Shown here: one piece after another, positions 1 through 13,465 of the stretch
How the letters are laid out: the number at the start of each line of letters is the position of its first letter
Position numbering within the stretch: position 1 is the first letter of the stretch
Origin: Lepidodermella squamata
Lineage: Eukaryota > Animalia > Gastrotricha
NCBI GenBank assembly: GCA_047495785.1
Contig: JBLDXI010000013.1
Coordinates: 992,001 to 1,056,000, forward strand
Length of the DNA: 64,000 nt
Reading direction: 5' to 3'
Made by a program: the position numbers and the translations under genes
Notes under the pieces: generated by a model
What the model saw: only the letters and a program-made list of their open reading frames with translations
Databases searched by the model: none
What the model was told of the DNA's origin: nothing

Positions 1-949
1 TTGATGAAAAAGGAGAACGAGTTAGTAAAGAGATAAGAGAGAGAGCAAGACAGTTGACAAGTAGAGTCCAAGTAGACGCATGTTCATAACTTAACATCAA
101 TTAAGCACTCAAAGAGAAAACAGAAGGGCCCGGGGCCTAACGGCTAACAATTCTCCACAATTTACAGAACATTGCGAGCCAAAATTATGAAATGCGAAAA
201 ATCCGAAGTTGTGAAAGAGTGCCGTGTGTCGTAGGCGCTAAAAACTCTCGCGTGAGCGCTTTGTGATCATGAGAATCGCAAGCTCTGTAGCATCAGATAA
301 TTCTGAAGCTGACTATTTAGCTGAAGAGGATGAAAGAACTGTTGACCCCTATGAGTGCATGGCTGTTGGCTGCCTTCCGCGAAATCTGGAGCGGAGAGCA
401 AACAAACCACTGAGGGGGCGTAAGATCGGCGCACTTTGCTGAGTTACCAGCGGAAAGAGAAAGATCCCGCGCAAACACTTTTAAAATCCATTGGAAAATA
501 AATTCTACGTAAATCAAAATAATTTTTTGCCTTCAATAATTTGGTCTTTTACAGTGAATTGTGGTAGCTGTTTAAGTTTACATTTTGCCGCATGTTTTTA
601 ATTTTTTTTTGAAAATGGTTTCTCAGCCATTAGCAGCCGCTGTCACCGCCTGCTAATCCCCATAGCGTCCTTCCGCAGCCCGCAGATACATACGCTTATT
701 ACGCATCTTTTAAAGTTACGTCGAGCAACTAGGGAACTTACTGGAGAGTGTGAGGTTACACAACAATAACGTCAACAACAAAATGACACCTCGGTGTTGA
801 CCATTTGTCTTGGGAATAAGTATAATGGGGACTACCGCATATCATGGTTGACATTTTATTCCGATTCGGAAGATTCGAGCGCTGAGTGTTGGCTTCATGA
901 AACTTCCAGGCAAAAATTCATTTACTGACCAAAATAATCAGGCATTACG

Positions 950-1900
950 TCGTGCGCTCCTTCGATCATCGAACATCCGATATCTTACTTTTCTTTAGCT
1001 TGTTGACATCCATTCCAACCTTGCCATTACTTCGAGCCTTATAACAAGACGGCCTTGGCCCGGCAGCTGTAGACGCGCATCTTGGTCGTCTTTCGACTTG
1101 CGAAGGTGCTTCGGTCACCAGACCGATTTCAGCGAGGAGAATCATCGTCTCATGTTCACCACCGGTTACGTTGATGTGTTCGATTTTATTGATTATGGGT
1201 TGATTATTGATTCCACGTCTTATTGCCGATGTAGCTCCATTTGAGCTTTTGAATATCCTTGTGGGGCAACAAGGAGCCACGGATCGCTCCAGGTAGCCAA
1301 ATAATCAGCAAATCATTGTCGCTTCGGGTGCCTGCCCATACACTGGCCGTAGCTGGTATTGTAACTCCAACCTTAGCACTGGGTAATTTAGATTATGCAA
1401 TGACGCACCCGGGATCTCACTTCGTTGCCACTATATCAGGCGGTTGTTCATAAATCCCAACCGACCAGCACTAGAGCTTTCAACAGCAGCAGACGCCTCG
1501 GTGATGATGAAAATAGCTTCCAGAAAGGAGAAACACAGAGCCGCTGGCAGGATTCCCTTTCCAACCCATCTTATTTCAAACAGAGCGAGAGAGAAATGTC
1601 CGTAATTCCCTCTTGTCCTCTGCTAGAGCGATCGTCGTAGTTACTAGTAGCGTTGGCACATCAAGTGTCCCAACTCTCGAAACCTCAACCGTCCTATCGG
1701 CTTTGGGCCAATCGAGTCATATAGCGCCCAGGTTCACCGGCAGCTTTCAAGACCTATAGAGGACAACTCTGAACGTTTAGTCGTCCCCTATAGCCAACTG
1801 TCGCCACCTTAGCTAAAGTCCACTCGCCGCAGCAGGGTATTAAAACGGGGAATTATAATGCTAGGATCTTCAAGTAAGAAGACAATTTGGTTCTGAGTGA
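950..1900 (-). mobile_element. Decayed non-LTR retrotransposon (RTE-like) ORF2/RT relic
   Basis: Minus-strand translation at ~1021-1096 gives RKTTKMRVYSCRAKAVLL*GSK*W, matching the RTE-clade post-RT motif (TK..vY....vLLYGsEtW) with stops. Weaker RT-like pieces lie further 5' (VDFS*GGDS near 1820; FEIRWVGKGILPAALCFSFLEAI near 1520-1580). Boundaries approximate. Confidence 0.55.
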
Positions 1901-3221
1901 GAGACTCTCCACAAGGAATACGAATCGCGCCCAATTTAAAATTTAACTCTAAGCGATTTACGAATAGCCGGATGCGAACGAATTTTAGTTTATTAAGAAT
2001 TTTTAGGGCACTCTTAGCACATTATTAATCAGGGAGGGGCTGTGACAGTTAAACTTAAAATAACTAATGAGTTAAATGGTGAGCGTAGCAAAAAGCTGAG
2101 TAAGCGTCGCAAATGTTGGGGGAATGTGGCAAACTTCGCATGCGATTATGATACAATACCTACACTGGAATGACACTGGATATTGCGACGTTCACTCATG
2201 TTTTTGCTACACGCAGTTTCTTGCGACAGGCATGCATATTATCCATAATAATTTACGCGAAGCGCAGATTTGATGCATACAATCAAAATATAACTTACGC
2301 GGGGTGTTTTCTTTGCGTTCTCAGTTACGGGTGCTGCATAGCTGTGTCTTTTCGTTATCACACAAGGAAGCTGGTGAGCGTCGCATGATGGAAGTTTTTT
2401 CCGCAACATTTTCTGCATGTACTGAACGGTGTGGTTAAAAGCCGGATTCTTATATCGCAGCAGTAATGATCATCTACTTATTCAAATTTAGTGCTCAGTA
2501 GATTGGAGATGGACGTCACATTGTGACGTGTTACCATTAACTACATCATTACTCTTAATAATTCGTGTGCGTGGAAGCATGTATACCTGAAAGGTTTATA
2601 TCAAGGAGTAAATTTCATTAACTACTTATCAAAACATGCTGTCCAGTTTACTTATTTTCCAGTCCAGTATAAACATACATACAGAGTACAATTGCCGTTA
2701 GGACTATTGGCTCCCATGCGCGGGCTCCCATGTCATGAGCGGACATCGGCCCAATAATTATTGCTGAACGCTGACGTCCCCTGAACCTGCAAAGGTAAGG
2801 CCTACTTTTTTAAAATACCATCAAATTTTCAGCCGAAGGTGTACGATAGATAATATCTCTTCGTTTCCTTCGTTTGGGGTCTTGAAAAAAATCCGACAAA
2901 ATCAGGAACTTGATTTTTTAGAAAAACCATCCAATCCAGGGGTGAAAATTGTTGCCACTTGTTAGCTTCAACATCAGCCGTCAGCTCGTAAATATATATC
3001 AGTAGGTATATCAGTCAGCAAATCAGCAAACATGTAACACATAGGTACGCTAAAATATGCTGTGTTCCAAGCTTGCTTCCTAATAGATTTGCGTGACAAC
3101 GCGCAGTTAATTGATAGACAAACTAGATTATTTCGACGCAAACAAATTCGTTGGTACCTACTCTTCCAATTGCTGTGCGGAAAGTTCTGTACTTTATCAG
3201 TTTCTCTTCCCTAATTTTTCC

Positions 3222-3710
3222 ATGATAAATAACAGTCGTTACGACAAAGGATCTTCTTCGAAAAACCACCTTTCGGGAAAGGATCCCGATTGGTTTTATG
3301 AAGAATGGGCAGAGTGGCGGGCCCAACTTAATCTCTATCTGATCTCAACTTTGTCGACAGGCAGCAAAGCTGATATTACTCAGCCGAAGTCGAATTCCAG
3401 CAATGACCCTCTTCAAAACGAATCGCCGAAATCTGATGGTAGTTCATCCGGCGGGGATATAAGGCCTGTCATTTCGATAAAACGCCGTCTAGCAGAGGCA
3501 CTTCGATTTCATCAAGCACGCATCGAGCAAGAGCGCCAACTTCTTGCTCGACTGAGCGAAATAGACCTAGCGATGCCAGCTAAACTCAACGATGAAGACT
3601 CTGTCGAGCGATCGACCGACAGTTTGGACGAAAAGACGAGCTATGAACTATTTGCTTGTTTCCATTTGCCTCGCGTGAACTTGGATCCAGCATTTGATCA
3701 ATTAAAATAA
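3222..3710 (+). CDS. Orphan single-exon ORF, possibly gag-like or TE-derived
   Basis: Open frame from ATG 3222 with AATAAA overlapping the stop. EEWAEWRAQLNLYL resembles gag N-terminal W..W...Y motifs; coiled-coil-like segment IKRRLAEALRFHQARIEQERQLL. No recognisable family. Confidence 0.25.
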   Translation: MINNSRYDKGSSSKNHLSGKDPDWFYEEWAEWRAQLNLYLISTLSTGSKADITQPKSNSSNDPLQNESPKSDGSSSGGDIRPVISIKRRLAEALRFHQARIEQERQLLARLSEIDLAMPAKLNDEDSVERSTDSLDEKTSYELFACFHLPRVNLDPAFDQLK

Positions 3711-4148
3711 AATGAACGCTTTCAGCGAATGGTAAATAATGAAATCTTTTATTCTCTTCTGTTTAATCAGCGCTGCATAATTCCGATCTCAATCATCTTT
3801 GCTAGAATGAATAATGAATAGGTATAATCATAAATAGCTGTCATTGCACAGGCCTATATAATGTAGTATCGTGAGACCTTTCTACGCCAGCTTTGTGGCC
3901 AAGGAACCGGCGGAAGAACCTAACAACGAGCGACGCAGATTTGCAACATTAAAACAATAATGCAATTTTTCCATGTAACGTTTGAAAAATCACAGCAGGA
4001 TACAAAAAATGTCGGCTTTTTCACATGCCAGGCCGTGTTCGGAACACAGTTATTCACAACGACAACATCAGACACAATAAAAATAATACGAAAATATTTC
4101 CAAAAGTTAGCAACGAACTCATCATATATCATCAACTATTAGGTATAA

Positions 4149-7100
4149 CTATTTGTTGAAAAACGTTATTGACTGCTGTTTAAATTTAGCAAGCTTGCTC
4201 TTGGCGGCTTCGGCAGCTGCGGCAGCAGGGCTTGAAGTGATGATTGAACCGATCGTTGCAGAGGACGATTGTCCGAAAGCTGTACCAGGGCTGTTGGAAG
4301 CCGTCGAAGTTACGCTCGCCGTTCTGAAAATTCAAGAAAAAAAAGGAAATAAATTCACGATCTGCTTCACAATCGAATAAGAAATCTGCAAAAATTTGAG
4401 AATATTTTGAAGCTTACCGGTCTTTTGCTGAACCAGTAAATGATAGTTGCGATTGGAGAGAAAAACCAGCACCAGGCGAAGAAACTTGGGCCGATAACAG
4501 ATTATGGGAGTGATTGGTGTTGTTAACTTTTCCCTCAACTTCTTTCGTTAACGCATTCAACTTCTCCTCGTCGGCCTTCAGTCCTAACGTTTGAAAATCC
4601 ACCAGCAAGCACTTCAAAGCCGGGACAACAAGCCGACGGAGCGTTGATTCTGGAATGTAGCAGCAGTTTGTGGTATTATAGGCACTGAGTAGCGCAACGG
4701 CTATCGATTGCCGAGCAGCTCTATCTTGGCAGTGATTGTTTTGCGCAGCCATTACGGCAAATCTTTGGAGGACAAATTCATCCCTAAATTTCGCGTCAAC
4801 GTGAGGAATTATATTGGTGAATAATTCAATGGTGCGTAAATGAGCGGTAGTGTCATTCGCGCATTGAGGGTCGTCGAGGACCTGCTGAAGTTGGAAATAA
4901 ACTTTCTCCAGCAACTGGGCATTGTCAGTCTGGGTCAACAGGGCGACAAGAGGCCCCAAAGTCGCTAATCGCACCGACAACTGGGCGTCGTTCGATAACG
5001 TGACGAGTGCTGAAAAAAGGCGAGAACTCAGCACACTGGTGTCGACCAAACTGATCATATGCTCAGCTAGATGAGCGGCCGAAGAGCGAACAGCCGGTAG
5101 AGGGTGAACGACACAGTCCCAAACGACGCTCAATAGCAGTTGTAAATGAGGCAGCGGGGCGAGCATGGAAAAGGCCGTTAGAATAGGCGATAAATCACGG
5201 TGGCTTGTAGACAGTGCTACTATACAATCGAGGAGAAGAGGCGAAATTTCGTCACGTAAAGGCGATGGACAGCACCCGAGAAAAGCACAGTAAACGGCGA
5301 CAAAGCCAGATTGAGCCAACTCGTTTTCGGATTTTACAAGGGCTAGCCCCAATTTTTCACCGTATTTCAACACTTGCTGAACAAAAGACGGGCCGATAAT
5401 ATTCGAGCACACATTGGGGCCGAAGGTTTCGGCGAAGAAGCACGTGATTCGTATCAACATGTTCAGCTCAGGCTTGGCCGAATGCGAAATGGTGGCAGCT
5501 AATTGAACCAGTAGCGGAAATCTAGCAAAATGACATCAATTGTAATGACTCTGTGATTGAAAAGCGCACTTACATTTCTTGGCATATGGTTCCAAACGGC
5601 TGAGCTAAACTATGAGATAAACCGGAAAAGGCATTAATGCCTTCAGCACCCTCGAGTTTAGCACGTTCGATGCAATCAGTGACATGCAAGTCAAGTCTTT
5701 CCAACATGCGTTTTAACTTGAGTTGATCCGGCTCTAGAACACCCCAATCGAAAAGTTCGCTCTCGATGCGAGGAAGTTTGATGGGATCAGCTGAATTTAA
5801 AATTACATCGATTACAAACAGTTCAAATACTTGGCTAACGCTTACCATGCCAACTGTCCTTTACCGACGCGGAACTAGGCGGTAGAGATCCAAGGCATCG
5901 AAAAACGATAACAGGCAACGAGTTGTAAAGCCCAGTCATAGCTTGAAGAAGGCTTTCGGATGAATTAGTCGGACTGCCGCTAAGCGACGATGTAATTTGT
6001 TTCATGAGCATGTGGATGAGCTGCAAAAAGGAAGCTGGGTTGTGACTCGACCACAGCAGCAACATTGGCATATACACAGATTGCGTTCGTTGAATCATCT
6101 TTTCGTTGCTATCTCTCGTTACAATTTGAATGTATAAATCAGTCAGTTGAGGAAGCTTGTCGTAGTCGTCGAGATACATCAAGACATTAACCAAGCTATC
6201 CAGGGCAGCAAGACGTACTGCGGAATCTTTGTCCTCGGATAGAAGCTGGCTCAAAATGCTAAACAATAACGAAGAACGAATTTGAGGCTCCAAATACGAC
6301 GCTAATGGACCACATAGATATGCGACGATCAAACGCCTCGACGCATCACGATCGTTGATTTGTTCCCAACAAACTGCTAGCAAATGCGACTGCACCTCTT
6401 GAATGTTGGCCAGATCTGCGTAGCAAAGCAGGGCGGCCACGATCAGTTTCACGTGTCTCATTTCACAGCGGGCACCGAATAATGAAAGCAACTCTTGAGT
6501 TATTTCTTCGCGTTGATCGCCAGAAGTCCTCAGCATCAACCAAACAAGGAACGGCACCACATCTTCCACTTGGTTAACTGGTATCGCCTTTTTAATGCCC
6601 TTGTAAAATTTCCATGATAAAGTGCAATCGTAGGGCGAAAACGACGTCTGCATTTTCTCTAGTTCGTCGTAAACCTGCGTGAACTGCTGTTGTTGGTTAG
6701 CATTAGTTACAACCAGAGATGCAAGAGACGCGACAGAAATAGAAGCCGAATCAGTAGCATGGGATACTGCTCTTGTTCTATGGTCGACCATGCCCAACAT
6801 TTTCGAGATCAATGAGCTGGGAATGTGGTGGCATGGTTCAGCTTTTACTTTCAAACAAGGCGACTCGAATTCTTGTTGCAAAGTATTTTGATCTGCATCG
6901 TCAGCAGCACCGGTGGTTGAAGCGACTGAGTACGAACTTACGTCTTGGCGCAGTTGGCCACCTCCACCGCCAGTCATAGCAACGGCAGCAGTTTTCTTGG
7001 CCTTCTTTATCTCTTCATTCAAACGCTCATTTTCAAACATTAGTCTGGAGATTTCGCGCTCGGCGTCTTGCTTCGATTTCCGCAATTTTGATTCGAGCTC

Positions 7101-8154
7101 TTCGAGCTTTTCAGTCAGCGTTTCATTCCTTTGTTTCTCCGCAGCATGTAATGCGCTATCTGATTGTTTCGAATCACTAATAGTCATAGTCTCAGCGTCC
7201 TGCTTGGGCTGCACTGACTGAGAAGTAGCTGATGGCCGATAATTTAAATATCGACGATACAACTGCAATAAACTGGGTGGCCGTGCAGTAAGCAATCCCA
7301 CCTGCGAAAAAAAACTCATGATCTTACTACGAAAAAATATCTGCCGAACTCACGTCATCCCAGTCGTCAAAATCTTGATCCGTATTTTCTTCAGAGAAAG
7401 TAACTGCAGTCATTTTATTGTTATTCTTCAGAACATATTCATGCACCAAGAAATTGAGAGCGCGCTTTTCGACAAGCTCCATAGGGCGTGGCGGTCCAGT
7501 ATTCGGCTCCTCAGTAACAATGTTTTTCAAAGTTGCACTGCCATTATTTGCTGCAGGGGTCTCCGGATGTTCGGTAACAGATGAGGAATGCTGAGTGGCG
7601 TTTTCCCTCAGCCTTTTGATTGTTTCTTTTGCTTTCCGCAGTTCATACTCCAATACTAAATTTTCGTTTCGATTATCACTGCGAGTCTTTTTATCGAAAA
7701 ATTACCTGCAACCCTGTCTTGTTCAGTGTTGTTCACGTCACTCATGCGATCAAATTCGATGGAGTCAAATGTTTGCTGACTTGGTGAGCGGCCTGTCAGC
7801 GTAAAGTTGCAGCAAATGAGTTACTTTATTACATTTAGACTTACATAAAGAATGTTCGAATTTTGATTTCTGTTCCACATTAGCCGGGTTTGAAAAAAAC
7901 TGGCGCAACTTTGAAATTTCGTAACCAGCCTCCAGCAATTCAGCATGGAACTCCAGAGCCGTGAGAAAGAATCGCCCTCTCAATAAGGTTTCAGCTAGGT
8001 CTTCAACGGACTTCCGATCCAAAACGTGATCATTGCCTCTTCTGTCGTAGTCTTCATTTGTAAGACCGAGTTGAGGCGAATCTGTCAGCGCTGATGAATA
8101 ATCAACAAGTGATACGTCGCCGAGCGACGCACCAAGTGAAGAAGATGTAGCCAT
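4149..8154 (-). CDS. RELCH: RAB11-binding LisH, coiled-coil and HEAT repeat protein (KIAA1468), multi-exon
   Basis: Spliced translation contains LLRGRFFLTALEFHAELLEAG, RSPSQQTFDSIEFDRMSD..EQDRVAVLEYELRKAKETIKRLR, LisH-like EKRALNFLVHEYVLKNNNKMTAVTFSEENTDQDFDDWDDVGL and HEAT repeats (VWDCVVHPLPAVR; FRDEFVL). Last exon ends ...KQQSITFFNK* at 4149. Confidence 0.93.
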
Positions 8155-8480
8155 TTAAATAGACATGTTAAAATGCCTAGATTTTAGATAATAGGTTGTA
8201 GAGCATAATTTTCCGTCAATTAAATGTACCATCCGCTTTTAATCAGTCCCAATCTCTTAAAGGCAGAGTTTTTTTCCGGGATTTTTGCGAATACTTAGCA
8301 CAATAGTACTTCTAAATCGACTGAACAACAGACTAACGCGCTGGTAGAAACAAAAACACATATAATACATAATACCTATAAGAGTATCTATAGTTCGGCG
8401 ATCGTTACTGGAGCACTCAGCTACTGTGCTGCAAAGTTTTTTCTCTACATGAACTTTTCGATATTCCGATTGAGAATAAC

Positions 8481-8900
8481 TTGAACGCGAGCAATTTCAA
8501 CAAAGAATTGCTAAATCCCACAGATCCGTGGTTAACATCCCCACCAAGAACGGTTGACCAGACATTGGTCAACCGACTTCGCCAATATGACAACGACAAT
8601 GACGCGAAATATGACAAGAACAACAGGATGGTTGCTTCGAAAAACACACCTCCCGAGGTCCCTGCTTGGGCTGTCGCCATGGAAAGCCGAATCACCGGCT
8701 GCTTTACGGGGTTAATCAAGTCCATAGTGAAAGCCCAAGTTGAAGAATTTGAAAAGATCCGCGGAACTCTATCAGCTGTCAAAACGGAAATCGAATAACT
8801 GAAGGCGACGAATCTCTAGCAAAACAGCAGAATTTGAACAGCAAATTCTACATTCTGAAAACGAGAGTCTTAGAATGACCATTAACAAGCTATGCGAGGT
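8481..8900 (+). mobile_element. Decayed LINE ORF1-like coiled-coil relic
   Basis: PPEVPAWAVAMESRIT...VEEFEKIRGTLSAVKTEIE*LKATNL*: heptad-like frame continuing through stops. It is followed at ~9083-9115 by a motif shared with the 3' flank of the LINE fragment at 30.9 kb. Confidence 0.35.
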
Positions 8901-9899
8901 GACTATGACTCGCCTCTTAGCCATCTGAGAGGGAGCCCTCTGAGAGCGATGCCCTCTGAGAGCGCACTTCTACCAACGAAATCGGAGGAGGCTCAATTTC
9001 AGATAGCCATTCTTAACTGATGTCGAAGGATTGGCAGAATGCCTTAGACATTAGAGCTCTTATACGCCCGATGATTGACTTTGCTTTCTAGGGAATCTAG
9101 GTATGAGGGCAGGGCAAACTATTCAAGGCAGATGACAAAATAGGACGACACAGGCTGTTTTCTGTATTAGTGATGCCATTTTTTCGATTCATCGTAAGTT
9201 GGATTCGCTACGAGAGCGGGCTGCCATGTGCCATCCAACCAGAGTTCAGATGGGTGCGTCGAAGTAAGGTGTAAGGGACGATTCAAAGAAGTTTCTTCCT
9301 TTCAGATTTCAGAGAAGTGAGAGGGCGGGATTACCTTTTGGAACGACGCCATTGATCGGCAGAACCTATTTTTGCGGGGGTGGACTCCCTGCGGTCAACC
9401 GGGCAAGCTGCGTGTTGGGTTTTGAACATAAAATGAACGAACAAAAATACCGCTGTAACATCTGTGAAAAACTTCAAAAATGAAGCTGCCAGATAGATAC
9501 AGTCAGTCGTCAATTTTATGACATTCTTAACGTTTTCTTTATTTTTGGCGCTAAATTTGTCTAGTAACGTTTCGCGTCCCTCCCACTCACCCGTGGGTAC
9601 CGCATCATCGACGCTGTTCGTTTATGAATCATCATCTAACATGTGTGTGTTATTCATCGCGGCCATGTTACTTGGAAATACTCTCGAATCCGTTCTTGCT
9701 TTCCTCAATTTCATCAACAATGCATTTCGCAATCTTCGCCGTGTTTACTTAGTCTTTACTGATTTTCTTGTCTTAGGAAATCACACCATCACTATCTTTG
9801 ATACAGCCGTCCTAAATATAAGGAGACGAAGATGATCATTATTATTGTAGATATCAGATATCTCCATATTAATGTAGCTAGGAGCTAGGAGTCTAGTAA

Positions 9900-11600
9900 A
9901 CAGGTGCCTTGCTTTGATTTTTTACATGTTTTCGTTCCAAAACAGTTCGTTTGAGGATTCTCAAAGGGTGTCTTTGAGGAACTCCCATTCCTAGAGTCTA
10001 GAGTCGTCTACTGACAACTGTCCTGTTATGCGCCATTATATGAGACCATCCGCAAGAAACGCTGCTATTACCAGTTGGTGATTTATCTTAAAAAGCTCAG
10101 ACACAATGGTTTTTCAGTTGTGACTCATGGTGCAGGTTATCAAAGCTGTTCTTGCTGACTGTCTCAAATAACACCATGATGATTATACATACAGAGTGTG
10201 ATTTCACGATGCAAATTCTACATTTTTTATCGTTTTACTTACAACTTTGCTACTATACTTGAGATTTGTCGATAATTAAGGTATATGGCTTCTTTATTTA
10301 CCGCGGGGATGTGACCCCGGTTTTCCTTCCATGTCATTACATACTGTTCCCCCATTGTTTGCCGTTGTTCTTTTCACCGCGGCTCTGGATTGCGCTAATG
10401 AGGCGTGGGAGTGATGACGGGACACTGCACACGTATTGCAAGCTTCGAGCAAGTGTCTCAATTTGTACTCGAAGTAACTCGAAGTACTCGAACAAAAGTA
10501 CCGATATTTTGATTTTCAGCTGTCGTGAGCACAACTTCTTGTGCGGGCGCGGGCGTCGATCCACTGCCTCACTAGAACCACTCTAGCATACTCTAGCTGG
10601 CTTGTTCTTATTATTAATAATCGGAAAATGTTGTTGTCTCAGACGAGCATGGCATTTTCAAATAGGATGCACAGGGGCTAGCTTCTTCAATTAAATAGGG
10701 CATCGCGCCTATTGATTGCCTATTTACCATGAGTTGTGTGCTCTAATCTCGTTTTCTTTCATCAACTAGGATTTCATTTTTTGCGAAGATGTCTTCATGG
10801 ACTATACTGAACCAACGTGAGAAGTTTCGAGACGATGACTTGTTTCAGTTTTTGTCTCAGAGCAACGAAGTAATTTATAACCTGAGGTTTATGACAGCGC
10901 CAACTTATTTGTATTTCTTTCCCCTAGATTCGATTCGTTTGCTCCGACTCCTCTATTCAGAAAGGCAAGCAGCAGCTGGAAGCTGATTTTCTTAAGGGTG
11001 TTGTCGCCATTGTAAGAATTTTCTCTTCTAATTCCTAGGAGTTTTTTTACTATTTTTCTTTATCATAGGTTTTTCTTCGCTCAGGTCTTAATTTGGAGCT
11101 ACTCTTAGATAGTCAAAATTCCCGCTTTGATGAGATTTCTAGAAGAGTAAGTTTCTTGATTTTGTATAGCTGATTCAAATTTTGACTATACCTCCAGTTC
11201 CACATAACGTCTCGATTCGTTTTGGATGGCGTCCGGGTTGTTTTCAAGGGCTACATTTGTTCGGATTCGCTCAGCGGTGTCGGTCGGATTGAGTTTGATG
11301 GCGATGGCTAAAGATCTTTCGAAATTTTCAACCACATGCATTTGTTTTGTTAATGATTTTGCGCCTTTCACTGAATATCAAAGATCTTCCGGTACCAATT
11401 TTGTAATATTGCTCTGTGAAATATCTCTGCTATCTGCTACATTTTATTAATTTTGTCACTTAGTATCTTCAATATGTGCAATCAATCTTTAGTTTCTTCT
11501 AAAACGACAAATTGTTTCATGTGCCCCAGTGATTTTTATTACTGCTATAGTAAATGCTATTTTCATTGCGCCAAAGTCAGAAGAAAGTCATAGTTATATG
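9900..11600 (-). mobile_element. Decayed non-LTR retrotransposon ORF2 (reverse transcriptase) relic
   Basis: Three RT motifs in the correct order on the minus strand: RGHIPAVNKEAIYLNYRQISSIVAKL* (~10240-10319; K..NYRPIS), SKNSFDNLHHESQLK (~10115-10160; KAFD) and GMGVPQR (~9971-9991; GVPQG). Many stops; limits approximate. Confidence 0.6.
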
Positions 11601-11730
11601 CTTCTTATTTTTTTGGATGTCAGTTTTAAAATATGAAGGATAATAAAGTTGTCAATTAAAGACTGCGTCTCTCTAGAGGTCAAGCCGCTGGTGTTTGGTT
11701 ATTGACGCGGAGTCAATAAAAATATTGTGG

Positions 11731-12604
11731 CTATTTCTCCAATAATGAGCACTGTCCAGCGATACAGTTGCACCCTGAAGTTTTGCTGAAAGATCGAAAT
11801 CATAATTGATTCAAATAAAAAATAGTGGCGTAAAACTTACCAGCAGGAAACTATATCTCTAGCTGAATCGAAAGAAGTTTCACGAAGACTTTCCAGTGGA
11901 CAGTGAATTCTTCGTGCGCAGGTTTGAGTGACGTAACCAGTCGATGCACTAGATTCCAACTATAGATAATGGTGATTTAAGCGTCATGACATTCGGTATA
12001 TTGGAAAAAACCTTGCAAAATTGGCTTTCTCTGGGGCATCGGATGAGCTTGGAGCTCAAGCACTGTCCGGCGTTACCTTGGCAGCTAAAACAACGCAAAA
12101 ATGCCGAACGCTGACTACTGTTGCTGCTTCGAACAGCTGGTTCTGAAATAGGTTTAATTCCAGCACATTGTCGCTGCCCGAAACAATTGCAGCCATCGCT
12201 TGAGCTAGAAAATAAACGAAGCAGATGAGAACAGAAAATAATTATTTGCTACACGATACCAGCAAACTAACGACTGTCTTGTGGGATCTTGGTATCCACC
12301 TGCGTTTAAAAACGATTCAGGCGTGCAATGCACATCCCTTGCGCAAGACTGGGACACGCTATGAGGAGTAACTTCAAGGCGACAAAAAGTCGTTAGTGGC
12401 GAGCAATTTATCATCGACCCGCCGTAACAAGTGCCACTTGATCCATAACAATTGAAACAACGGATGGCATCTGAACAAATATATAGCATGGGGCATGGGC
12501 AGAAATTTGTATCAGGGAAGTCACCAACCATATTTAGCAGCGCAGAGCAGCTCCAAAAAAACAAGCTGCGATACAAGCTTTACTATTCTTCCGTAACAGA
12601 CCAT
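11731..12604 (-). CDS. Ly6/uPAR three-finger protein A, two tandem LU domains, no GPI tail (5 exons)
   Basis: Spliced: MVCYGRIVKLVSQLVFLELLCAAKY|DAIRCFNCYGSSGTC...SLVC|CSSDGCNCFGQRQC-linker-LRCFSCQGNAGQC...QFCK|LESSASTGYVTQTCARRIHC...SC|CKTSGCNCIAGQCSLLEK*. All introns GT-AG. Confidence 0.85.
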
Positions 12605-12942
12605 TTTACGATGCTGGAAAACGCGAATAAATTAATTGGAGCAGATCAAATGAAATCGACTATAAGCGAGGAAGCGTCTGAACGTGCGTTTGATTGCGAT
12701 TCGGATCACCGCTCATTTGCCCGCAACACAAATGGATTATATCCTATCACTTCACTACCGAGTCTCGCCATGGTCTGATGATGATTAATTATACGCGCCC
12801 AGGGTGATAATAAAAGAAATATTGGTATTCATGCGATTGCTTTAATAAATCCTGTTCGTATATTTTTCATCAACAAAATTTCACTATATTTTTAACTGTG
12901 TTGGTATCAAATTGAGTCAAGTGATAAAATGATTTATTCGTA

Positions 12943-13465
12943 TCAAAACAGCATCGCGAAGGCAACGGCAGCCACTGAAAGCGCGACAGGAGCGTAGAAA
13001 CGGAAACCAGCGCCAATAGCATCGCATTGTGTGCCTTGTATGGAGAAAAAAATTAGAAAGCAGCAGAAATATTTAATTCATCAACTTACCAACACAGTTG
13101 CAACCATCGTAGTTGCAGCAATTGCTAATATCGCCGATGGTACCGTCGGGTTGGGCGAAAGACCGGCCGATTTGACGCTTCGATAGTGGCGAGGCAGGGC
13201 ATTCAGCAGAGGTGGCGCAAGTCTGGACAGTGAGATCTGTGGCTTGCGTCCATTCAAGCTATGAGAGAAAAAAGACTCAAATACATGAGGTCATATATTT
13301 AACGCTTGAAACCTTGCAGAATTGTGCCGCTGCAGGGCAAGCCGTAATGATACCAGTCGCACAGTTCGCGGTTTTATCTTGGCACAAGAAGCATTGAATA
13401 GCCGAGGCGCTGCTAGCGAAGGCAGAGACCGCGAGAACAACGGCAAGAACGATTTTCGAGTGCAT
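12943..13465 (-). CDS. Ly6/uPAR three-finger protein B, predicted GPI-anchored (3 exons)
   Basis: MHSKIVLAVVLAVSAFASSASAIQCFLCQDKTANC...QFCK|LEWTQATDLTVQTCATSAECPASPLSKRQIG...SNCCNYDGCNCV|GTQCDAIGAGFRFYAPVALSVAAVAFAMLF*: signal peptide, CCxxDxCN, hydrophobic tail. Confidence 0.9.

Noticed and set aside
6679-7804. Plus-strand ORFs antisense to RELCH, and similar antisense ORFs over CTNNBL1, PNP and DYNC1LI
   Set aside because: They are shadow frames of real coding exons with no independent support.
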